A stretch of DNA of 54,500 bases from Verrucomicrobiia bacterium (GTDB taxonomy: Bacteria > Verrucomicrobiota > Verrucomicrobiia > Limisphaerales > UBA11358): positions 1 to 54,500 of the forward strand of contig DATAUQ010000095.1 in assembly GCA_036268155.1 (NCBI GenBank), read 5' to 3'. The notes beneath the pieces were generated by a model. That model saw nothing but the letters and a program-made list of their open reading frames with translations, was not told the DNA's origin and did not search any database. A program made the position numbers and the translations under genes. Shown here one piece after another: positions 18,580 through 27,522 of the stretch. Numbering within the stretch: the first letter of the stretch is position 1; each line of letters starts with the position of its first letter.

Positions 18580-19194
18580 ATGGCCATCATCAATCAAGCT
18601 ACCAAAGAGTTGCAGGTGAAGATCGTCTATTACGGCCCGGCAATGGGCGGCAAGACGACGAACCTCGTGCAAGTCCACGACCACGTCCAGACCAACGCCG
18701 GCAACAAAGGCAAACTCGTCTCGCTCGCAACGAGTTCCGACCGCACTTTATTTTTCGATTTTCTGCCGATCGAAGCGATGACGATCAAGGGCTTCAAGAC
18801 GAAATTCCAACTTTACACCGTTCCCGGCCAGGTGATTTACAACACCACGCGGCAGCTCGTGCTGCGCGGCGTGGACGGCATCGTGTTCGTCGCTGATTCG
18901 CAATATGAAAAAATGCCGGAGAACGTCGAGGCGTTTCAAAACCTGATGGACAATTTGAAAACTTTGAAGCTCGACATCGGCGAAATCCCCTACGTTCTGC
19001 AATACAACAAGCGCGATTTGCCGAATGCCGCGCCGGTGGAATATATGGATTTCCTGCTCAACAACCGCGACGTGCAGGTGCCGTCGTTTTCCGCGAGCGC
19101 GCACAAATGCGAGGGCGTGTTCGAGACGCTGAACATGATCACGCGGATGTTGCTGAACAAATATATCAACCAAAGCGTCCCGCAATACGCATGA
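18580..19194 (+). CDS. mglA: Ras-like small GTPase MglA
   Basis: Near colinear with Myxococcus MglA as I recall it: KIVYYGPAMGGKTTNL...SDRTLFFDFLP...KGFKTKFQLYTVPGQV...GVDGIVFVADSQ...IPYVLQYNKRDLPNA. Confidence 0.9.
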   Translation: MAIINQATKELQVKIVYYGPAMGGKTTNLVQVHDHVQTNAGNKGKLVSLATSSDRTLFFDFLPIEAMTIKGFKTKFQLYTVPGQVIYNTTRQLVLRGVDGIVFVADSQYEKMPENVEAFQNLMDNLKTLKLDIGEIPYVLQYNKRDLPNAAPVEYMDFLLNNRDVQVPSFSASAHKCEGVFETLNMITRMLLNKYINQSVPQYA

Positions 19195-19195
19195 C

Positions 19196-19672
19196 ATGGC
19201 CACTCTCCCACAACTCATCGAAGACGATATCGGGCGGCTCGACGAAGCGCTCCACGAGTTCATCACTGCTGCGGACGCAACAGCGGCGCTGGTCATCGAC
19301 AAGGGCGGCTTTCTCATCACGCATCAGGGCGATTCGCGTGACTTCGATCTGACCACCATCGCCGCACTTTCGTCCGGCGCGTTCATGGCCAACCAGACCA
19401 TCGCCGGTTTGGTGAACGAAACGAACTTCAACAGCATTTACCAGCAGGGCGAAAAATTCAGCCTCTTCGTCATCAACATTGACGACAATTGCATGCTCGT
19501 CGTGATCTTCAAATCCCAGACTGGCGTTGGCGTGGTGAAATATTATGCCGCCACCGCCGTCAAACGCATCGCCTGCCAGTTGTCCATCGCGCAGGAACGC
19601 GCGCCGGGCGCAGGCTTCGATTTGTCCGTCCTCAACGTCGCCGATAGCGAAAGCGTCTTCCGAAAAAAATAA
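19196..19672 (+). CDS. mglB: Roadblock/LC7 protein MglB (GAP partner of MglA)
   Basis: ALVIDKGGFLITHQGDSRDFDLTTIAALSSGAFMANQTIAGLV...SLFVINIDDNCMLVVIF. It starts 2 nt after the mglA stop. Confidence 0.85.
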   Translation: MATLPQLIEDDIGRLDEALHEFITAADATAALVIDKGGFLITHQGDSRDFDLTTIAALSSGAFMANQTIAGLVNETNFNSIYQQGEKFSLFVINIDDNCMLVVIFKSQTGVGVVKYYAATAVKRIACQLSIAQERAPGAGFDLSVLNVADSESVFRKK

Positions 19673-20488
19673 TTACTTCCAAACGTCCAATTCAAGGAGT
19701 TCTTGCGTCGCAATCTTTGCCCAGCCGCGATTGGCTTTTGGGCTGGCCGGGCTTGGATGCAAAATTTGTCCGACTTTGATTTTCAAATCCTTCGCGACAA
19801 TTTCCGCGCGCATTTTAGCCCACGCGCCGACGCCGATCAACCATTCCGGTTCGAGAATTTCCAACGTGCGGCGCAAATGTTCGTCGCAGATTTTCAGCAA
19901 TGGATTTTTTTCCGACGGCGGCAATTTGTTCGGCGTGAAATTCGCTCCGCTTTTTTCCACGAACGCCAGCGGACAATAATTGGCGACGAAATGCTCTTTG
20001 AAAAAATTCTGCGGCGAACCAAATCGTTCCGCGAACAATCCCCACAATCTGCGTCCGCTCACTTCTGAATTGGGACAATCAAAGCCGAGCACGGGACGTT
20101 TTGGATTGTAATGTTCCGGTTTTCCAATCTTCGCAGCAATCCCCATCCAGTCGCGCACCGCCGCGATTTCGCCGAACGGAATTCCCGTTTGCACCATGCC
20201 GAACGGCCCCGGATTCATGCCGATGAAAACTACATGCTTTTTGCCGTCGCCGAATTTGCGCAAATATTTTTCATGCGCCGCCCACGCGTAATCAAGCGGA
20301 TTATAAATGTGCGTGACCGGCGGCTTGAATTTCAAACGGTCAACCTGCGCGCAAAGTTCGCGCGCGGCGGCGATGAGTTGTTTGCTTTCTTTCACGCGGA
20401 ATTGTCTGACGAAAATTTTTGAAATCAAGCGCGGGTGCTGAAATGAAAAGCCCTCCCTGTCAAATGCGACGAGGAGGGCTTGAGTCAA
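19673..20488 (-). CDS. SMUG1-type (family 3) uracil-DNA glycosylase
   Basis: VVFIGMNPGPFGMVQTGIPFGE and ILHPSPASPKANRGW match the SMUG1 motifs GMNPGPFG and HPSPxxP. The start is uncertain. Confidence 0.8.
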   Translation of the reverse strand: MTQALLVAFDREGFSFQHPRLISKIFVRQFRVKESKQLIAAARELCAQVDRLKFKPPVTHIYNPLDYAWAAHEKYLRKFGDGKKHVVFIGMNPGPFGMVQTGIPFGEIAAVRDWMGIAAKIGKPEHYNPKRPVLGFDCPNSEVSGRRLWGLFAERFGSPQNFFKEHFVANYCPLAFVEKSGANFTPNKLPPSEKNPLLKICDEHLRRTLEILEPEWLIGVGAWAKMRAEIVAKDLKIKVGQILHPSPASPKANRGWAKIATQELLELDVWK

Positions 20489-20508
20489 ATACTTGTGAAA
20501 CCCGGCTT

Positions 20509-21132
20509 TTAGTGGTGCGGAACGAACTTCACTGCGTCCGCGAGCACGTTGCCGTCAGCCCCGTTGCTGTTGAGGGAGACGTTGCCCCCATTGCCAGCCG
20601 CAAAATTGAAAGTTCCAAGCAGGTTCCATTTGCCGCTGTTGGTTTGAAGGTTAACCAAGATTGTCTTTTCGCCATCATCAGACTTGACGGTGAATGGTGC
20701 TTTGGTGGCGTGGTCCGAATTCGGATCATCGCCATGCCATTCATACACGTCATACGCGCCGGCGTTCTTGATGTCGGGTGTCCATGTGGCGGTGTTGGCG
20801 GGATCGGTGTTTAAGGTGCCGCTGGCATACGCGGAGCCGTCCTTGAAGTCATTGCCGCCGGCACCCGATGTCCAACTGCCTTCTGACTTAAAGCTGGGGT
20901 CGCCGTTGTCTATGATGATTTCATCGGCGGAAGATGAAGCAGCAACCGGCGCAGCCACGGCAGCGGGCACCGCAGGAGCAGCCGGTGCAGGCATTGCAGC
21001 CGGCTCGGCAGGAGCAACGGGCGCAGTCATCGGTGTGGTCATGCCAGCCTCGGGCTTGGATGTTTGTGTGCTCTGGCAGGCAGTCAGCAACACGGACAGC
21101 GACATTGCGGCTAAATATAATTTGAGTTTCAT
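20509..21132 (-). CDS. lipoprotein with an Ala/Pro-rich linker and a C-terminal beta-rich domain (golvesin-C-like by memory)
   Basis: The internal ATG at 21132 gives MKLKLYLAAMSLSVLLTAC (lipobox). The C-domain is 'IIIDNGDPSFKSEGSWTSG...TWTPDIKNAGAYDVYEWH...GKWNLLGTFNFAAG...ADAVKFV'. Confidence 0.6.
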   Translation of the reverse strand: MKLKLYLAAMSLSVLLTACQSTQTSKPEAGMTTPMTAPVAPAEPAAMPAPAAPAVPAAVAAPVAASSSADEIIIDNGDPSFKSEGSWTSGAGGNDFKDGSAYASGTLNTDPANTATWTPDIKNAGAYDVYEWHGDDPNSDHATKAPFTVKSDDGEKTILVNLQTNSGKWNLLGTFNFAAGNGGNVSLNSNGADGNVLADAVKFVPHH

Positions 21133-21269
21133 GGCGTCGTTCCTTTTATTTTTAAGTTTTGGCTTGTTGGTAGTCGGGGAAAAATGCCCAACGCGTGCCA
21201 TGCTGTCAATTGGCTTTTTTGCCCATTTTCCATGATTGTTTTCGGAAATAAATTTTGCCACAGATTGAA

Positions 21270-21530
21270 CATGGTTGAAACACGGCTGGAAAGCGCCGTA
21301 GGCGCGAAATATCTGTAAAACAGCAATTCACAAAATGAAAAAGCCCCGTCAGGGGCGGCATATTCGGAAGATGGCGTTCCTGCGGTGCTGCCGAAAATAG
21401 CCCAGCCATTTATGGCTGGGTTATGCGTCATACAAAATGAAAAGTCCCGGAGGGACGGCAGAATGAGTCTTTCGTCCCTGACGGGACTTGAAATTTGGGC
21501 GGACGAAAACCCACGGTTAAAACCGTGGAC
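21270..21530. repeat. block of hairpin repeat units, same families as 5955..6364
   Basis: gcgccgtaggcgc, ccccgtcagggg, cccagccatttatggctggg, gtcccggagggac...gtccctgacgggac, ccacggttaaaaccgtgg. The segment 21286..21352 matches the reverse complement of 6296..6360 closely (hand aligned). Confidence 0.8.
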
Positions 21531-21535
21531 TATTT

Positions 21536-21790
21536 TCAAAAAATCTTTTCCGCCGGCGCGGCGATGCCGATGCGATGGATGAGGTCGGTGGGCATAATAT
21601 AGATTTCCTGAATTTTTCCACTCAACTCGCAAATTGATTGAGACAGTTCGTAAAAGTCTCTTCTCAAGAGTAAATTTGAGCGGATGAAGTTTGCAATTTT
21701 TGGACTGTTCTCCATTTCTTCACGAGCCTCCGACTTCTGAACCATCAAAGGCGGAAGATTCAAATTTGGAGGATTGTGAACTCGCAGCAT
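21536..21790 (-). CDS. hypothetical protein (up to 84 aa), AT-rich
   Basis: ORF-track ORF only. Its 3' part runs into the repeat block, and I recognise no motif. Confidence 0.25.
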   Translation of the reverse strand: MLRVHNPPNLNLPPLMVQKSEAREEMENSPKIANFIRSNLLLRRDFYELSQSICELSGKIQEIYIMPTDLIHRIGIAAPAEKIF

Positions 21791-21837
21791 AACGTGTTTA
21801 GCTAATGATTAATTGAAGGCGCGTTCTACAGCCAGTT

Positions 21838-21951
21838 TTATTTCTTCCCATGCACCTTCGCCGCGACTTTCAGGCGCAGCGCGTTGAGTCGGATGAAGCC
21901 GGTGGCGTCGTCCTGGTTGTAGGCCTTGGTCGGGTCGGCTTCCATCGTGGC
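21838..21951 (-). pseudogene. orphan copy of the argG 3' end (last 37 codons plus stop)
   Basis: It translates to [37 protein letters not shown]. By hand count it has 9 mismatches over 111 nt against 22741..22851, all synonymous. Confidence 0.85.
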
Positions 21952-21962
21952 CGGGTTTGGGT

Positions 21963-22565
21963 TCATGCTTGCTCCAATCGTTTCTGCCAGAGTTTGGTCA
22001 GTGGCGTCCAGTCCAATCTGTCGGCGGCTTCCAATGCCTGAATGTAATTCTTGCGGGTGGTGTCGTTCTCTGGAGCAAGTTCGACGGGAGGCAATTCCTG
22101 TCGGCGCAAAATTTCGGCGAGCAGCAGACGGGTGGCGCGTCCGTTGAAATCAGGGAACGGATGAATGAACAGGATGCGTCCTTCGGCAAAGGCGAGCGTT
22201 TCCAGCAGCAGCGATTCTTTTCCGATGGACAATTCGGTCAGCCGCACATTCAAATCGGCAAAGTAATCGCGGACAAGCAGCGGGACTTGATGCGGAAGCG
22301 GCGGTGAGTGCTGGCCGACTTTGATTTCGGTTGCGCGAAACTTTCCCGTCCAATCGGGCGTGAGATCGCCGCAGATATTTTTGTGGAGGTCAAGCAGGAG
22401 GGATTCGTCCAGCGGGCGCGCAGCAAAAATGCCGTCCTCAATGTCTTGCAACACCCGCAAGACGCGCTCGGCCAGCAGCGGCGCGAGTTGCGAATAGGAC
22501 AAAATCCCGCGCGTCGTTTCTACGAAGCGCGTGGCGTGCGGCGGTTGTGTAGAGTCTTCAGCCAT
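21963..22565 (-). CDS. Fic family protein (toxin of a class-I Fic module)
   Basis: The Fic motif variant is HPFPDFNGRATR (canonical HxFx[D/E]GNGRxxR, with F in place of the first G). The start overlaps the upstream small ORF. Confidence 0.85.
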   Translation of the reverse strand: MAEDSTQPPHATRFVETTRGILSYSQLAPLLAERVLRVLQDIEDGIFAARPLDESLLLDLHKNICGDLTPDWTGKFRATEIKVGQHSPPLPHQVPLLVRDYFADLNVRLTELSIGKESLLLETLAFAEGRILFIHPFPDFNGRATRLLLAEILRRQELPPVELAPENDTTRKNYIQALEAADRLDWTPLTKLWQKRLEQA

Positions 22566-22696
22566 TCAAAATCCACCGGTTCGCCTTCAAACGCCATGCT
22601 CGCCGCGACCTGGTGCGGCACATCCGCCCAGCGACGAGCTTTGCGCTCCGCTGGTTTCAGTTTTCGCCAATCAGCAATTTTCTTCTGCCAAGTCAT
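22520..22696 (-). CDS. VbhA-like Fic antitoxin (58 codons, below the ORF-track cutoff)
   Basis: My translation is MTWQKKIADWRKLKPAERKARRWADVPHQVAASMAFEGEPVDFEWLKTLHNRRTPRAS*. It contains S-M-A-F-E-G, the [S/T]xxxE[G/N] inhibitory-helix motif, and overlaps the Fic start by 46 nt. Confidence 0.65.
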   Translation of the reverse strand: MTWQKKIADWRKLKPAERKARRWADVPHQVAASMAFEGEPVDFEWLKTLHNRRTPRAS

Positions 22697-22734
22697 GTTT
22701 GTAATCTACACGAACCACCGTGTTGCGCAAAGGT

Positions 22735-23964
22735 TCACTTTTTCTTTCCATGCACCTTGGCCGCGACTTTCAGGCGTAGCGCATTGAGCCGGATGAAGCC
22801 AGTGGCGTCGTCCTGATTGTAGGCTTTCGTCGGGTCGGCTTCCATCGTGGCGATGTGCGGATTGTAGAGGCTCACCTTACTCTTGCGTCCGCTGACCATG
22901 ATGTTGCCTTTGTAGAGTTTCACGCGCACCGTGCCGGTCACGTTCTTCTGGCTCTCGGTCACGTAGGCCTGCAACGCGAGGCGTTCGGGCGCATACCAAA
23001 AGCCGTTGTAGACCAACTCGGCATATTTCGGGATGAGCGCGTCGCGCTGGTGCATGACTTCGCGATCCATCGTGAGGCTTTCCATCTGCCGATGCGCAAA
23101 ATGCAGAATCGCGCCGCCGGGCGTTTCATAAACGCCGCGCGATTTCATGCCGACGAACCGGTTCTCCACCATGTCCACGCGCCCGACGCCGTGTTTGCCG
23201 CCGAGTTTGTTCAACGTCTTCATCACGCCGAGCGGAGAAAGTTTTTTGCCGTTCACCGCGACGCAATTGCCTTTGACGAAATCGAGCGTGACGAATTCCG
23301 GCTTGTCCGGCGCATCTTCGGGAAAAACGGAGAGCGTCGTGAAATAATTTTTGTTCTTCGGGTCGAACGAATCGAACCACGGGTCTTCGAGAATCCCGGC
23401 CTCGTAGGAAATATGCAGAAGATTCCGATCCATCGAGAATGATTTCTTCGCGCTGGCCTGCACGGGGATATTGTGCTTGGCGCAGTAATCAATCATCTCC
23501 TGCCGTCCGGGAAATTCGTTGCGATAGCGTTCGTCGCGCCACGGAGCAATGACTTGCAAATCCGGCGCGAGCGCGGCGGCGGTGAGTTCGAAGCGGACTT
23601 GGTCGTTTCCTTTGCCGGTCGCACCGTGCGCGATGGCATCGGCCTTTTCTTTCTTCGCGATCTCGACCATGCGCTTGGCGATGAGCGGACGCGCAATGGA
23701 CGTGCCGAGAAAATACTGGCCTTCATAAATCGCACCCGCGTGAATCATCGGATAAATAAAATCGCGGGCGAATTCTTCCTGCAAATCGTCAATGTAGATT
23801 TTGGACGCGCCGGTCTTGATGGCTTTGGCTTCGAGGCCGTCGAGTTCCTCTTCCTGCCCGATGTCGGCGCAGAAGCCGATCATCTCGGCGTTGTATTTTT
23901 CCTTGATCCAGGACATCAGCACCGAGGTGTCGAGTCCGCCGGAGTAAGCTAAAACAATTTTCAT
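22735..23964 (-). CDS. argG: argininosuccinate synthase
   Basis: [15 protein letters not shown]...[15 protein letters not shown]...ISYEAG are canonical ArgG motifs. Confidence 0.95.
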   Translation of the reverse strand: MKIVLAYSGGLDTSVLMSWIKEKYNAEMIGFCADIGQEEELDGLEAKAIKTGASKIYIDDLQEEFARDFIYPMIHAGAIYEGQYFLGTSIARPLIAKRMVEIAKKEKADAIAHGATGKGNDQVRFELTAAALAPDLQVIAPWRDERYRNEFPGRQEMIDYCAKHNIPVQASAKKSFSMDRNLLHISYEAGILEDPWFDSFDPKNKNYFTTLSVFPEDAPDKPEFVTLDFVKGNCVAVNGKKLSPLGVMKTLNKLGGKHGVGRVDMVENRFVGMKSRGVYETPGGAILHFAHRQMESLTMDREVMHQRDALIPKYAELVYNGFWYAPERLALQAYVTESQKNVTGTVRVKLYKGNIMVSGRKSKVSLYNPHIATMEADPTKAYNQDDATGFIRLNALRLKVAAKVHGKKK

Positions 23965-24025
23965 CGCAGAATTAAACCGTCAAGCCGCCAAGAACGCAAA
24001 GGGGAAATGAATTGCCGGAATAAAT

Positions 24026-24751
24026 TTACGGCAAACCCTGGTCCCAATTCGTCATGGTCGTGTAATTGAAAGTCATCTCGCCCGGATTATACATTTTATA
24101 CCACTTGGAATGGCCGTCGGCGAACATGACGTTCTGGCCTTTGCTGTGGATTTGCCAGGCTTCCGTGTTGTCAGGGTCGGCCGCGCCGCCGATGCAATTC
24201 TGCACATAATCATCCTTGTCTGCGTCGTCCTGATAGAATGTCAAAGTCCCGCTTTCGCTTTCAATTCCCGCCGTGTCGCCGCTCAAAACATAAGCCGATG
24301 GAAATAAAATCGAAGCGCTTTTGGCTGCGGTGAACTGCTCGTCGCCGGCAATATACGCCGCCCGCACACCATTGAAATAATTGAACGGTCCTTGCAGATC
24401 CGCCGCCAATTGCACGTTGCCGGGACACCGATACACATTCGTATTGCCGACGTAGGAAAAAATCTGCTCCATCCAACTGGGTTTTGAAGAACCAGACGGC
24501 GGTCCGAGGGGATCAATCTGCCCCCACGGGATGCGGGAACCGGATTCGGGATACAACTCGTCGTTGTCATCCGCGAACATTCTCATGCCGAGGCCGATCT
24601 GGTGCAGGTTGGAGTTGCAACTGGTAGTCCATGCCTTCTGCTTGGCCGATGACAATGCCGGCAACAGCAACGCCGCCAGAATCGCGATGATGGCGATGAC
24701 CACCAGCAGTTCGATCAAGGTGAACCCGGCGCGGCCCGATTTGTTTTGCAT
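24026..24751 (-). CDS. prepilin-type N-terminal cleavage/methylation domain protein with an H-X9-DG tail
   Basis: The internal ATG at 24751 gives [40 protein letters not shown]. The C-terminal motif is '[11 protein letters not shown]'. Confidence 0.85.
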   Translation of the reverse strand: MQNKSGRAGFTLIELLVVIAIIAILAALLLPALSSAKQKAWTTSCNSNLHQIGLGMRMFADDNDELYPESGSRIPWGQIDPLGPPSGSSKPSWMEQIFSYVGNTNVYRCPGNVQLAADLQGPFNYFNGVRAAYIAGDEQFTAAKSASILFPSAYVLSGDTAGIESESGTLTFYQDDADKDDYVQNCIGGAADPDNTEAWQIHSKGQNVMFADGHSKWYKMYNPGEMTFNYTTMTNWDQGLP

Positions 24752-24827
24752 GCAATGTTTCCTTGGGCGATGGCAAACAAACGGTCGTCGCCACCCGCCA
24801 TTGGCAACGCGGAAAAATTTCCAGCGC

Positions 24828-25271
24828 CTAATTGGTGACGGCGTTGGTGCTGCTGCCCGCGCTGTCCGGGTTCGCAGTCTTTTTCTTTTTCTTTTCACCG
24901 GCGGCTTTCGCGCCGAAGCTGACGGTCGTGGCGCTCAATTTTCCGTCCACGCCCTTCTTGTAAGCGCCGCCGGCCATTTCGCCAACCACGCCATCGGCCA
25001 AAACCGCCGGCTGGCCGTCCTTGGTGATCTTGGTTTCCGAAGTGATTTCAAAGGTGCGTTCGCCGACGGTCAGCGTCATGGCGTTCGTGTCAATCGCGCT
25101 CAATTTTCCATGAAACGGCACCGTGTCATGTTTCTTGTGCTTGACCGGCGCGGCGGAATCGGACGCCGCCGGGGCGTTGGTGGCATCTTGTGCGCGCGTG
25201 ACCGTGGGCGAGGCGACAATCGCCGCCGCAAACAAACTCAAGGCCGTGATTTTCAGGATCGTTCTCTTCAT
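24828..25271 (-). CDS. secreted hypothetical protein with a Lys-rich tail
   Basis: Signal peptide [29 protein letters not shown]. No family recognised. Confidence 0.55.
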   Translation of the reverse strand: MKRTILKITALSLFAAAIVASPTVTRAQDATNAPAASDSAAPVKHKKHDTVPFHGKLSAIDTNAMTLTVGERTFEITSETKITKDGQPAVLADGVVGEMAGGAYKKGVDGKLSATTVSFGAKAAGEKKKKKTANPDSAGSSTNAVTN

Positions 25272-25347
25272 TTCGATTTAATGGTTGATGGGTTCAGTTT
25301 GAAAGACGCGGAAGGATAAAAATTGGTTTCGCTAAATTCAATAAATT

Positions 25348-25860
25348 TCACCACGCGCCCTCGGTGAGCAGTTCAGCGATGTTCCGCGCCAGATCTTCCG
25401 CGAGCAACGGCGCGGCCTGCCGTTCAGACGACGCCAGATCCGTGCCGACATTCACCAGCGCATAACCCGTCACATCCTTGTCGAGCAAAACCTTGCCCGT
25501 CGCGCGTTCGCGCGCGACGACGTGCGCGGTGATGTTGACGCGATAATTCTGCGCGGTCGAAACATCGCTGTTCAGAAAACTCAACCCCTGGCGATGATAA
25601 TGCGTGATGACGCCGGTGATGACGACATCGCCGTCGCCGCGCGTGTCGAGATGATAAGTGCCGTCCGTCTGCAACCGTTCGCGCAACGCCTGCGTGACGG
25701 CACCGCCCAGACGCGGTTGCAGCGTCTGGTTGTTGAACGGCAGAATTTCAACGGATTTTTCCCCGGCCACCGCGCCGTTGACCGGGCCCAGATGATAACC
25801 CGCGCAACCGCCGAGCAAAACCGCCAGCGTGCAAAGGACAAAAATTTTCAGCGGGCGCAT
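25348..25860 (-). CDS. LptE-like LPS-assembly lipoprotein
   Basis: Lipobox LLGGCAGYHL, about 170 aa, pattern 'ILPFNNQT...D..ITG.I', immediately downstream of a BamD-like gene. Confidence 0.5.
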   Translation of the reverse strand: MRPLKIFVLCTLAVLLGGCAGYHLGPVNGAVAGEKSVEILPFNNQTLQPRLGGAVTQALRERLQTDGTYHLDTRGDGDVVITGVITHYHRQGLSFLNSDVSTAQNYRVNITAHVVARERATGKVLLDKDVTGYALVNVGTDLASSERQAAPLLAEDLARNIAELLTEGAW

Positions 25861-25861
25861 T

Positions 25862-26929
25862 TCAACTGGCGGGCGAATTTTGCATCAATGGCTTCAACGC
25901 CTCGATGCGCTGGCGGGCCTGCGCGGCGTAAGGCGAGTTGGGATCAAGTTGCAAAACTTCGTTGTAATAGACCACCGCGCCACTGCGCCGTTGCACGACG
26001 CTCAAGGTTTTGCTGTTCTCATAAAATTGCGCGATCTGGAAACTGCTGCGCACCTGCTCGGCCTTGAGCGTTGCAATCGCCTTTTGCGCCTGCGCCACCC
26101 GTTTGTCGTCAGGATAAAACGTCATGAAATCGGTGAACGACGCGATGGCCTGCGACGCCGTGCCTTGATCGTATCCCGCCACTGCCGCCTGCTTTTGATA
26201 ACAAACTCCTTTGCGGAACAACGCATAAGACGCGATGGCCGACTGGTTATTGTAACGGTCGGCGGCCGTCCCGTAGGCCTTCACCGCGTCGTCATAATTT
26301 TTCTGCTTCTCGCGCGCCGCGCCGATGGCCAGTTGCGCGTGCGGCGCCACATCGCTGTAAGGGCCGTTGTTCACGATCTTGCCGAACATCTTCGCCGTTT
26401 CATCCATCGAAGGATAAAGCGGAAGATAATTCCAGAAAACCCTGAAAAATTCGCCGCCGAGAAAACGGTTGCCGATCTCATATTGCCGCCAGATGACTTC
26501 CTCGTAATTGTCGCTGTTCGGATATTTTTTGATGATGTTCTGATATTTGTCGAAGGCCGATTCATCCCAACCCCTCATCTCAAGACAGCGACCGACAAGA
26601 TATTCCGCGCGCGGCGCGTAATCCGACAGCGGCCAGACCCTCAAGATGCGGCTCGCCGCGTGCATCGCCGTGGCATAGTCTTTGTTTTTGAACGCTTCTT
26701 CCGCTACTTCAAGCTGGTCTTTCGCACGGGTGCGCGCCCATTTGGCGGTCGTGCCAGCCGGCTCGTAATACCAGCCTTCGCCCGGCGAATAAATCAGCGG
26801 CGCAGGCGAGCGGAACGGCAGCAACACCACGAACGCAATGACCAGCAACAGAAAAGTGAACCGACGATTCATGCGCTGACGGTAGCGAGCCAAAATCGGC
26901 AAGTCAAGGCGGGCACCAATGGATTTCAT
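25862..26929 (-). CDS. BamD/YfiO-like TPR outer-membrane assembly lipoprotein
   Basis: TPR repeats with 'WPLSDYAPRAEYLVGRCL...KYPNSDNYEEV...'. It has an ATGA overlap with the upstream gene at 26926..26929. An alternative start is the ATG at 26872 (MNRRFTFLLLVIAFVV). Confidence 0.55.
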   Translation of the reverse strand: MKSIGARLDLPILARYRQRMNRRFTFLLLVIAFVVLLPFRSPAPLIYSPGEGWYYEPAGTTAKWARTRAKDQLEVAEEAFKNKDYATAMHAASRILRVWPLSDYAPRAEYLVGRCLEMRGWDESAFDKYQNIIKKYPNSDNYEEVIWRQYEIGNRFLGGEFFRVFWNYLPLYPSMDETAKMFGKIVNNGPYSDVAPHAQLAIGAAREKQKNYDDAVKAYGTAADRYNNQSAIASYALFRKGVCYQKQAAVAGYDQGTASQAIASFTDFMTFYPDDKRVAQAQKAIATLKAEQVRSSFQIAQFYENSKTLSVVQRRSGAVVYYNEVLQLDPNSPYAAQARQRIEALKPLMQNSPAS

Positions 26930-27438
26930 CCGCGATAAATCACCAGCACGCCGTAATCGTTCAGCAATTTTTGCGATCCGATGTCCAGCATCGAGTAGGA
27001 AACCGTGTGGATGCCGATGATGTTCGGCTCGCCGACCTCGTTCAAAAATTTCGTCACCACCTCGTCAAACTTGTCATGGCCGGATTCCACGCACGCCAAA
27101 TGCCGGATGGTGTGGGAGCGGATCTGCCGGCCCGCGCCGCGCGCCACCGCTTCCAACGGCGGCTTCGCCTTAACAATCAGCCTTTCGCCCGGAGTGTCGC
27201 GCACCGGCACTTTGAGGTGCCTCTCGATCTTGGCGGCAGCGGACGAGTTGATGGCGCTGGGCGCGAGGCTCGGCGTGGGAATTGCCGAAGACGACGCGGG
27301 GGTGGGCGCACCTTTCGTGGACTGCGCCGGAATGGTGATGGTTTCGTGACACGACGGACATTCGATGTCGGTGCCCGCGCCCGAACTGTCCACCGCCAGC
27401 TCCTGCTCGCAATTGGGGCAATTAAAGATAATATCCAT
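26926..27438 (-). CDS. zinc-ribbon N-terminal domain protein, otherwise hypothetical
   Basis: CPNCEQEL...CPSCHETI at the N-terminus, then a low-complexity linker and a small C-domain. Confidence 0.55.
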   Translation of the reverse strand: MDIIFNCPNCEQELAVDSSGAGTDIECPSCHETITIPAQSTKGAPTPASSSAIPTPSLAPSAINSSAAAKIERHLKVPVRDTPGERLIVKAKPPLEAVARGAGRQIRSHTIRHLACVESGHDKFDEVVTKFLNEVGEPNIIGIHTVSYSMLDIGSQKLLNDYGVLVIYRG

Positions 27439-27522
27439 AAGCGTAAAAAGGTTTTGGTGTGACTGTGAACCGACATTAAACCCGCGCCGCGATGCAGACC
27501 AGAAAAAAATCGTGGTGAAAAT

